Positions 35,804 through 46,800 of a DNA stretch of 55,846 nucleotides are shown piece by piece. A program made the translations under genes and the position numbers. The DNA is from Hydrurus foetidus (Eukaryota): NCBI GenBank assembly GCA_900617105.1, contig UYFQ01000841.1, positions 1 to 55,846 of the forward strand, written 5' to 3'. The notes beneath the pieces are model-generated. The model did not search any database. It was not told where the DNA came from and saw nothing but the letters and a program-made list of their open reading frames with translations. Within the stretch, counting starts at the first letter, position 1, and the number at the start of each line of letters is the position of its first letter.

Positions 35804-36189
35804 TTATAAATCCAATGAGGACAGCACCATCCACCAAATTCAGTTCTGCATGTCCGCGATGCCAGGTTTGGACATGAGTGATCTAAAGTAACGCATCCTG
35901 AAAAGTTTCCTGAGTGTCGTTGAAGTTAAACGACTTCTGCAGTCTGCAGTGCACAAGTCGACTTTGGGAGAGATAAATTGTGGTTGCTGACAGGAAACGA
36001 CTTTGAAGAAAACGAAAGTTTGAGAAGTCGACTTTAGAACTCGTTTCTCCGGAATACCGAAAATCGCAAACACTCTACTTGCTTTCTGAAAACGGTCCCA
36101 TGCTTCCTGTAAACGGTCCCCATAATTCTTATTCCCCGTTTTTTTCCATCAGAAATTTTCCGTCTTTTTAAAACCGCTCCCCTGCTCTA

Positions 36190-39100
36190 CAGGCTGAAGA
36201 CACCAAGAAAGGTAAAATACGGTTTTCAGAAAAAAATCTTAAATTTTTTCGAAATAAAAAAAATCTTAAAATTTCTTCAAAAAGATGACGTTGACACTTT
36301 CCTTTTTGATTCGGAAGCCATCCCAATCGCTTGACGACCATCGATTATCTATATAATCCAACATCTCTGACACACTACGCGCACTGTAGAGGACATAACC
36401 AACGCTGACCTCACAGACGAAGATCTCGAGGGGCACTACCTTTCTCTGCCGCATTTTTTCCTCGAGGAATTTCGCCGCAACCATCAGGATATCGAGGAAA
36501 ATTACTTTTTGCGGTCGCCATCGTCCAGACGAATATCGTCTGACTATCAGCGTCGATATTCATGCCCTCAATCAAGGCGCCAACAGTTTTAATCATCATA
36601 TAGATAGTTGCGGCCATCGGTAGAACCTCTAATGGCTCCTTACAGACTCAGACAAGTTGCCTACATCACTGAATTTTCGCGAGCCGATTGCGGAAGAAGT
36701 TTTTACGACACATTTCTTCCGGAGCACAATACCCTGCGGTTCTAATCGCGATAGCAAATAATGGAAACCTATTGCCCATCCTAGAAGAGTTCAACTTTTG
36801 TAAATTTCGCGATTAAGCTGATCTCTGCGGAACCTTGTTCAGCGGCCACTTTAGGGCGTCCATCGTCCTTTCTATTGGCGGCAGCGAATTCCAACCAACT
36901 CATCAGTGTGATTTATCATCGCAGTAGTTCTAACTGGAAGCTCTTGGCCCATCCCACAACGCCTAAACTTCCCTGATCTTAGCCCTTGAACTGATACTTG
37001 CGATACCATATTGTAAGACGGCGTAATACCTACATATTGCAAGTCAAACCTTAAAACATTTATTAATTATCTTTTACAAATGATCTATCGATTTCCATTA
37101 TGTTTCGATGTGTTTTCTGTTTCTTTCTCATTCTCTCTATGGCAGTGTATGATGGAGCTGATTTGCCAGTGCGTAATTTCTCAGACATATACAATCTAAT
37201 GTAGTCCCTCGCCCTCCTCTGATATCTGAAAACTCGAGCAATTGGCAAAATATCCGAATTCTTGCATAGCTTTTTGACCCTCTCAATAAACTTTGCACCT
37301 GCTTCTAACTTTGTTGCGTGATCATTTTCTTTCCTCTGTTCGTACTTTAATTTGCCCCATCCATATTCTATTCCTCCACCAGCAGTCTCTGGCGTACATA
37401 CTACTGAAGGTAGTAAGATATGTCCTCTAATCTCTACGACTTCTTGGAGAGCAGTTCGCTCGAACTTGAAGTCAGTGCAGCCATTTAGTACAGCATGAGC
37501 ATCAAGATCAGGTGTCACAATTAATCTGCTTTCTCCATTCATCTCGTATCTTTCTTTGACAGTATCTGTCTGTCTCCCCTTCATTTTCTCTTTGTACAAC
37601 CCTCTCTCGTACAATATTTGAAAGATGCCTTTATTTTTTCCAACGTATCCAGTGACGTTGAATGTCGGTTGCACATCTACCACATCGTCCCCAGCAATCT
37701 GACCACTCTTTTTTTGTTTTTGAATTCTCCTCTTCCTCATTTTCTCTAACGCCTCAATTTTTTCATCTGGTGTCATTTCTCTATCGTAAGGTGGTACAGA
37801 TAGATCTTGGAAGGGTGGGGGAGAACCATCTTCAAAGACCATTCTTTGAATGCTTCCTACAGCCAACTGACAACTATTGAGAACAGGTGGATTTTCACCG
37901 AGACAACCTTCCTCTATTATTGTATCTCTTTTTGGACCACCTTTTCCTCCCCATCTTACATTCATTGCATTCACCATAAGCCCATCAGACTGCTCTTTTA
38001 GATGTCCTGACGAATGATCGACTTCTAACAGGATCTGCATCGTTGGGTACAGCACTTCCACAATGTTTATAAATTGAATACACTGCTGCTGAAACTTTAA
38101 TCCATCCCAATAACCTTCCTTATTCTTTCCATACTGAAAGAAGACCAACCCAGGGGAGTCGCCAGGAACCAGAGTAGGTAAATCAGTGCTCCTTCGAGCT
38201 GCAGTTACTTTTGTCTCCTCCTCACTCGTTAGAGGGAACCCGAACCCTCTTCTCTCGCACCACATAGCACTCACCATAATTCCCTGTCCTTCTGACTTAG
38301 GTCTTAAAGTAGTCCTTCCATTTACTGACCATCGGAACGCTGGTAAAGCGTTCTGCTTGAATACCGCCTCATCTTGGCCGACATGGTAAAGTGGAGACCT
38401 GCACTTACATGTCTGAACGCTATGTCTATGATTGCATTTGAAGTTCTGCCACTCTGGGTCTCCCAATGGAAAGTAGTAGTCACCTGGATTACCATCTTCA
38501 ATCAGATGTTGTTCTCGAAATGTCGTATGTAACTCCTCTTCTAAGAAATCAACATGTATTTTGATAACCGGGTCCATAAGCTCATTCAATATCTCAGTGC
38601 TTCTGCCATCTGATTTAAGTGCCATCTCACGATTCTCTAATGCAGCCTCAGATGCTGAAGATAACTGAACGCTCACCCAAACTGGAAGTCGAAGTGAAAA
38701 CGCAAGTTGAGATGGTCCATATCTGAGTAAGTTAAATGTTTATGTTCAGCACATTGACTCCGTTTAAGCGATATATTTCAAGTCATTTACCTTGTTTTAA
38801 AGTCTAATTTTGTAGACTCTGCCTCGTGTGAGTCTGTGTAGTATGAAACAGTAGCTTTCTCATACTTACAGCCACACATCAACATCCATCTATGAACAGA
38901 TCTGTTGTGCAAGGGCAGCATTTTGTCGACAAGATCATTTGCATCACTCGGATGCTTCGCAGCGTGAGCTCGTATCAATGATTCCAATTGAATCCTAGCC
39001 ACATCGACTGTGAGATGCTTTTCATTCTTGAGAAATAGCTCAAATGGGCGCTTAAGACTGTACTCGTCGAGAAGGAAATGCCTGAGGTGACATCCCCGCA

Positions 39101-40480
39101 TGTCTTCCTTAAAATGTCGAAATTCCTGGAATTCATGATACCATTTTAGAATCACCTTCGTCGAGACAATTCCATCTGTTTCATTTGACACATTTGACAC
39201 TATCTGACCAATGGAATAGATAATCTTGTGCTCCTTAATCTTGTTCCAATGTTGTTGAATGTTTTGCTTTGATACAGCCATACTTAATTTTGGGTCTTCA
39301 ATATCTTTTACAACTTCACTTATCAGTGAGAATTCATCCGAAAGTTTAGAGGAGACCTGATTGTAAACTTTTTCGACCAACTGACATTGCTGTATTGATC
39401 GTGTCAATTGAGCCTTTGATACGTTCTGTAATGTAAAAGGCTCGTCTTCTACTAAATTGATTGTCTCATCATCTTGAACTTCCTGATCGAACTTTGCCTT
39501 CAGCAGCAAAGTAAATGTCGATCCCGAAAAAATTGCTGATCTTAGAAACTTTAAACATGCCTTATTTTCACTAATGAGTCCCTCCAACGTTTTGATGCGA
39601 TCTCTGAAATAGTTGATCGATGCCTTAAAAGACTCAGTGACTTCTGAGTCACTCTGAGATAGTAATCCTTTAGTTATCGCAGCTTGAAGGACTTTAGGAT
39701 CCCTGTAATATCGTCGCATGAAGCGGTCTCTATCGAACGACTTCTGATTGTGTTGCTCTATCCACTCTTTCTGAGGTATGCACACTTCACCCCAAGATTT
39801 CAAGATTTTCTTATATGAGTTGTACTCTTTCTGAAGGTTAGTCCGTTTACCGCTTTTTGCGCAGCCCCTCACCTTCTCCATTACCCTGCTGTAATCCAAC
39901 TTGACGGCTTGATTACGACAATTAGATACGTCAGTGTAGCAGCTGACAAAGTCGATAATTTTCTTGTGACCTTCAGAAAAAATTTGATGAGGCGTGTCAC
40001 ATCATTGCTGGCGGTATTAGCACAGGGATATCCTCTCCGCTCGAACAAAGAACGTTTGCTAGCCTTAGCATACTTCGTTCTGACTTGAATTCTGTAATTG
40101 TCTCCATCTGAGCACACATTATAGGTGCGTGACGTCATTGCTGCTCCTATCGAAACTGTAATCGATATCCCAAAACGATTAAGACGCTTCGTAGAAATCT
40201 AAAGTTACCCACAGAATCAGGAGAGTAGCCTCTGTTGAGTGACCTCGATGCATTTTGATAGATGATCAGTATTGGAAGCAGAAGTGGCGAACAGTACTGT
40301 GAGACAGCTCTCCTTCTCCAAAATTTTCAAATTTTTGAAAAAAATTAAAAATGCATCGAGACAGCTGAGTGAGGAATTTAATTTCCGTCATTTTGAGCTA
40401 TTGAGCATGGAAAACGGTTACAGAGGCGTATTGGGATCCGGAAAAGAATAATTTATTCCAGTGTTGGTGTCCTCAGCCTG
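36190..40480 (-). mobile_element. TA-flanked IS630/Tc1/mariner-class DNA transposon (Sagan-like, large catalytic insert)
   Basis: 17-bp TIR CAGGCTGA(A/G)GACACCAA. TA at 36188-89 and 40481-82. Confidence 0.88.
37063..40138 (-). CDS. DDE transposase (intron 38790-38723; apparent frameshift near 39900)
   Basis: GQDE, LRPKSEGQGIMVS, GKNKEGYW, EVDHSSGH, RGH...GIEYGWG. Splice KTR|YGPSQ keeps the frame. Confidence 0.82.
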
Positions 40481-40555
40481 TAAATAATACGAAGCAACTA
40501 TATATTAATACCATTACCGTACTTATCTCGACGAGAGCTACTCAAAAACGATATC

Positions 40556-40595
40556 TCTTTGTTTTCGGTCCCCGCTCTGGGACCGAAAACAAAGA
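40556..40595. other. Perfect 17-bp inverted repeat (hairpin) with 6-nt loop
   Basis: TCTTTGTTTTCGGTCCC cgctct GGGACCGAAAACAAAGA. Confidence 0.9.
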
Positions 40596-40837
40596 ACGAA
40601 AAGTCGTCAATTCTTGGAATTTTTGGGTGACACCAGCCCGTCGCTCACTAGAAATTTGGCGATGACCCTCTCAATCTGTCTCGTAACCTTGTGCTCATCG
40701 GTTTGCTCTTAAGGCTGAACGCTCACAGCTCTCAACAGCTAGATAGTCCGTAAGAAATTCAGCACAACTAACGAAACTTCTTGCTGGGAAACATATGTTG
40801 ACGGGGTTGCCCTCACGTACAACTCAATTTCTGAAAA

Positions 40838-43800
40838 TGCGCATGCCTCGCGCTATCTATTGGATGCTTCTCCTGTTACCTGCGCTTGCCTGCGCAACTT
40901 CCCTGCGCCGTCAGAGACATCCTGACGAAGGTTATCTGCAGACCAACTTGTCTCATATGAGAGTAGAGGATTTAATCAGGAATCAACAGGCCATCAACGC
41001 CATCGGTCGGAGTCGAAACATTATTTCTGATGCGATGCTGAAAAGTGATGAGACCCCGACCTCTCTTCATGAAACTCACCAAGTATCAACAACGTCGCTA
41101 TTGAATGGATATTACGTTACTGCTGACTACAATGATGGTGAATGCTACACAGTTATGTCGGCTGTAGCTTATGAATTGAACACATGCATCGATTACGGCA
41201 ACTTCTTTCTCAAGAGCGCTGCGACTGCAGATGCAGAATCTGAGACGAAATACTCTAACAATTTGTGCACTGCGACAGAATCGTTATCTAGCTACACTGA
41301 CTACACGGCTTCATGTGCCACAATATCTCGGAAGCAATCAACTTTGACTTTGATCAACTCCAATGGTGTTCCTCCTTCGTCACTTCCCATGATGAGTATC
41401 AGGTTTGTCTCACCGTCTCTGCTCCGATCTGATCCCTAATCATACTGTGCAGTGCAATTTCACACTACACTATCATATCTACTTCTCACTTCCTGCAATC
41501 AGGTGGCACATAAGCAGCTACTGCTCATAGCATGTAACTGACTAACCCACCTATCCTATCCTATCCTATCCACATCTGGTGTAGCTACTACAACAATGAG
41601 GATGCGACGTGCTCCACGAATGCATACAAGATAAAATACCTGCCACTCAACATATGCTATGATAGGTCAATACGTACAGTATCAGGTCAGTCACGTCTTA
41701 TGTATTGAGGAGTAAAAATGCTCGTGCGTTGCATCATACTAACTCCGTCCTACCCCTGTGTGTTTAAGTATATGTGTCATTTGTAATACGGGTGAGTGTC
41801 TGTATGTGACTTTTGACACTAGCTTCTTGAATTCCATGTGCGTGTCGAAGTGTACGTCAGATGATGCGCAAATCACGAGTTATGCATGTTTGTGTGTGAC
41901 TAATTTCGCTTTTACATTCGTTATGTCTTCATTTTGTAGAGTAAGCTGTGCATCAGTGTGTGTGTGTGACTGGAGACTGCAGACTGATTTGTCTTCCATT
42001 CGTATCGAGCATGTGCGTGTGTTATCTCGTGAGGAACATTCTATTCATATTTGGCTGAATCTCATTTTTAACACGCTTACTTGTGACAGGATCGACGCTG
42101 ATCATTCGCGAATATTTGAACTTGTATTTTGCGAGTGCATGCATCGGTGAATACATCATCAAAACTTACACTATTGGTGCTTGCTCTAGTGGTGGTGTTA
42201 AGTATCAAATTGTTCCAGGCACTGCAAGTCTCGTCCCGTCAGCCGCACCTACCGCCTTCTCGTCGGCACTCACATTGCAACTGAGCGGATACTTCGTCAG
42301 TGCTCAATACAGTGACACTAGATGCACCACGATGACATCGGCCGTGTCTTATCCACTGAACTCCTGCAATGAGTATAAAAACAGAGACGGGATAAGTGGA
42401 TACGCGAAGTACACCGCTACTGCATACACCATCGCTCGTACTGAATACTCCGACTCGTTGTGCACGACCGCGGCATCGACACTTGGACCTTATTACACCG
42501 ACTACTCGGCTTCATGTGTCAATAATACGTATTCAATTTCCGCGACATCATCTATAGTGAACTCGAATGGTGTTCCTCCTTCGTCGCTTGCCATGGCGAG
42601 TATCAGGTTGGTGCTCATCACCAGTATCTCATGCCTTATAGCCAGCCTGCGTTTTTCTCGTTGCTGACGGGTGGCACAAAGGCAGTCATCGCGCATAGCA
42701 CGTAACTGACTAACCCGCCTATCCATATTTCGTGTATAGCTACTACAACAAGGAGGATGCGACGTGCTCCACGAATGTGTACAAGATTATGTATCAAGCA
42801 CTTAATGCTTGCTATGATAGTTCGATTCTAAAAATATCAGGTCGATGATATAGATGCTTGTGTTGATGAGATTGAGAATCTGTAACATCTACTCCTTTAT
42901 TTGATGAGTGTCGTATCATATGTCTGTCTCGAGTATAGTGTGTGTGTGTGTGTGTGTGTGTGCAGGTTTACGTATTCTGTACCCCATGATCAAGTACTCT
43001 TTGAACATCTAACATACCCTATTTGTATTGAACTTCACAAACAGCGTTGTTATTTGATCATGTCTCAAATTTGCCTTCATTTACATATTAGCAACAGGAT
43101 CGACGCTGATCACACGTGAATATCTGACTACCAATGATTGTCTTAAACGATGCAAGCCACCAATTGTTCTATGTGTGTGTCTGTGTGTATTTGAATGCAT
43201 GTATAGAACGATTTATTTTTGAAATATCTAATTGATTCTGGTTTTTGGTTTTACAGGATACACACTGTTAAAATTGACGTACTCGCCTTATAACCTCCTC
43301 TGCACCGGTGAATACACCATCAAAACTTACACTATTGGTGCTTGCTCTAGTGGTGGTGTTAAGTATCAAATTGTCCCGGGCACTGCAAGTCTCGTCCCGT
43401 CAGCCGCACCTACCGCCTTCTCGTCGGCACTCACATTGCAACTGAGCGAATACTTCGTCAGCCCTCAATGCAGTGACGATAGATGCACCATGATGACATC
43501 GGCCGTGTCTTATCCACTGAACTCCTGCAATGAGAATAAAAACAGAGACGGGATAAGTGGATACGCGAAGTACACCGCTACTGCATACACCATCGCTCGT
43601 ACTGAATACTCCGACTCGTTGTGCACGACCGCGGCATCGACACTTGGACCTTATTACACCGACTACTCGGCTTCTTGTGTCAATAATACGTGTCCAATTT
43701 CCGCGACATCTATAGTGACCTCGAATGGTGTTCCTCCTTCGTCACTAGCCATGGCGAGTATCAGGTTGGTGGACATCACCAGTATCTCATGTGTCATTGC

Positions 43801-46800
43801 CAGCCTTCTTCTCACTTCCTGCAATCAGGTGGTACAAAGGCAGCCACTGCTCATAGCATGTAACCGACTAACCCACCTATCCTATCCTATCCACATCTGG
43901 TGTAGCTACTACAACAATGAGGATGCGACATGCTCCACGAATGTGTACAAGACAGAATACCTGCCACTCGACATCTGCGTAATACAACTCACCATGGCCG
44001 GATATCCTCTGTCAAGGATCAGATTATCAGGTGAGATTCATATCGGAAGATAGACGATGGAGTTACAATGAAACGCAGCCATGAGAGGACCACCAGCGAT
44101 GACTATTTGCAAGTGTGCGTGCAACAACAATGTGTGGGTGAGCGCTTCCTCCTCTCTCTCCCCTGGTATCTCCTGTGTGTGTGTGTGTGTGTGTGTGTTT
44201 TACACGGTATATGTGTGCAATAATTTATACATCACTGAGAGTAAGTGTGTGAGTGTGTGCAGTCTCCCATCTGTTGTCTGTCATCTCCTGCGCTTGTGTG
44301 TTTCACGGTGAATGTTTGCAAGTGGCGACGTGGCGTCCAACAAATCTTGAAATTATTGTTCATTACTTTTTTTAGGATCGACAATCACGCGTTTCACATA
44401 CTCTGGTTCCACTCAAACCTCTGGTGCCTGCACCGGTGAATACACCATCGAAACCTACACTATTGGTGCTTGCTTTAGTGGTGGTGTTAAGTATCAAATT
44501 GTTCCAGGCACTGCAAGTCTCGTCCCGTCAGCCGCACCTACCGCCTTCTCGTCGGCACTCACATTGCAACTGAGCGGATACTTCGTCAGCGCTCAATACA
44601 GTGACACTAGATGCACCATATTGACATCGGCCGTGTCTTATCCACTGAACTCCTGCAATGAGTATAAAAACAGATACGGGATAAGTGGATACGCGAAGTA
44701 CACCGCTACTGCATACACCATCGCTCGTACTGAATACTCCGACTCGTTGTGCACGACCGCGGCATCGACACTTGGACCTTATTACACCGACTACTCGGCT
44801 TCCTGTGTTGGTTCTATCTATTCATCGTCTTCATCGTCAGCAGCTTTGATTAACTCCAATGGTGTTCCTCCTTCGACACTTCCCATGATGAGTATCAGGT
44901 TTGCCTCACCGTCTCTGCTCCGATCTTATCCTTGCAGTGTAACTCCACGCTACACTATCATATCTTCTTCACGTCTCATTCTATTTGGTGGCACAAAGGC
45001 AGCCACTGCTCATAGCATGTAACCGACTAACCCACCTATCCTATCCTATCCTATCCACAACTCGTGTAGCTACTACACCAACAAGGATGCGACATGCTCC
45101 ACGAATGTGTATAAGACAGAATACCTGCCACTCGACATCTGCGTAATACAACTCGCCGTATATTCTCTGTCAAGGATCAGATTATCAGGTGAGATTCATA
45201 TCGGAAGATAGACGATGGAGTTACAATGAAACGCAGCCATGAGAGGACCACCAGCGATGACTATTTGCAAGTGTGCGTGCAACAACAATGTGTGGGTGAG
45301 CGCTTCCTCCTCTCTCTCCCCTGGTATCTCCTGTGTGTGTGTGTGTGTGTGTGTGTTTTACACGGTATATGTGTGCAATAATTTATACATCACTGAGAGT
45401 AAGTGTGTGAGTGTGTGCAGTCTCCCATCTGTTGTCTGTCATCTCCTGCGCTTGTGTGTTTCACGGTGAATGTTTGCAAGTGGCGACGTGGCGTCCAACA
45501 AATCTTGAAATTATTGTTCATTACTTTTTTTAGGATCGACAATCACGCGTTTCACATACTCTGGCTCCACTCAAACCTCTGGTGCCTGCACCGGTGAATA
45601 CACCATCGAAACCTACACTATTGGTGCTTGCTTTAGTGGTGGTGTTAAGTATCAAATTGTTCCAGGCACTGCAAGTCTCGTCCCGTCAGCCGCACCTACC
45701 GCCTTCTCGTCGGCACTCACATTGCAACTGAGCGGATACTTCGTCAGCGCTCAATACAGTGACACTAGATGCACCATATTGACATCGGCCGTGTCTTATC
45801 CACTGAACTCCTGCAACAATCACTCGGGAGGCGTAGTTGCTTACGCGAAGTACACCGCTACTGCATACACCATCGCTCGTACTGAATACTCCGACTCGTT
45901 GTGCACGACCGCGGCATCGACACTTGGACCTTATTACACCGACTACTCGGCTTCCTGTGTTGGTTCTATCTATTCATCGTCTTCATCGTCAGCAGCTTTG
46001 ATTAACTCCAATGGTGTTCCTCCTTCGACACTTCCCATGATGAGTATCAGGTTTGCCTCACCGTCTCTGCTCCGATCTTATCCTTGCAGTGTAACTCCAC
46101 GCTACACTATCATATCTTCTTCACGTCTCATTCTATTTGGTGGCACAAAGGCAGCCACTGCTCATAGCATGTAACCGACTAACCCACCTATCCTATCCTA
46201 TCCTATCCACAACTCGTGTAGCTACTACAACAACAAGGATGCGACATGCTCCACGAATGTGTACAAGACAGAATACCTGCCACTCGACACCTGTGTGGAT
46301 AGGTCGATGGTAAAAATATCAGGTGAATATCATTTAATATCATGTAGACAAAAAGTTAATAAAAAATAAAAATGATCGTGGGTGTATTGCTACGCGGATA
46401 ATGATGCCGTGCTATCGTCTGCTGGTCGCTGTGAAAGCAGACACGAGTACCGTGATCAATGCTATCAGTAATTCGTCACTCACTTACTTTACCTCCTATC
46501 TTAGGGTCGACCATCTTCTGGAGGAAATACTTATTTACCTTGGAGGCTAACAACTCACCGTATTTGTGTACTAGCAGATACAATCTCTTCAACTACACCA
46601 TCGGTGCCTGCTCAAATGGAGGCATAAAGTATCAGACAGTCGCAAGTACTATGACTTCCTTCCCATCACTAGCTCCTTCTGCGATACCTCCAACTTCTCC
46701 CATCGCATTACCAACAGCAGTTACTGCCAAGCCATCACTAGCTCCTTCTGCGATACCTCCAACTTCTCCCATCGCATTACCAACAGCAGTTACTGCCAAG

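Larger units (their letters stand above)
32427..36076 (-). mobile_element. PIF/Harbinger-class (Pangu-like) DNA transposon 2
   Basis: ~60-bp TIR starting AGAGTGTTTGCGATTTTCG with 2 mismatches. TSD ACT (32424-26, 36077-79). Confidence 0.95.
29483..36081 (+). mobile_element. pogo/Tigger-like DNA transposon (own sequence 29483-32426 plus 36080-36081)
   Basis: Perfect 44-bp TIR CAAGTAGGACTCAAATTCCATGTCAGGTTCAAGTTTCGTGTCAA, with the right copy split by Harbinger 2. Flanking direct repeat CTTT (or GCTTTC). Confidence 0.9.
28781..36121 (+). repeat. Dispersed TGTAA(A/C)CGGTCCC repeats, split by later insertions
   Basis: Copies at ~28782, 28917, 28941, 29442, 29463, 36087 (variant) and 36108. The last four form one ~21-bp tandem array once 29483-36081 is removed. 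Confidence 0.8.
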
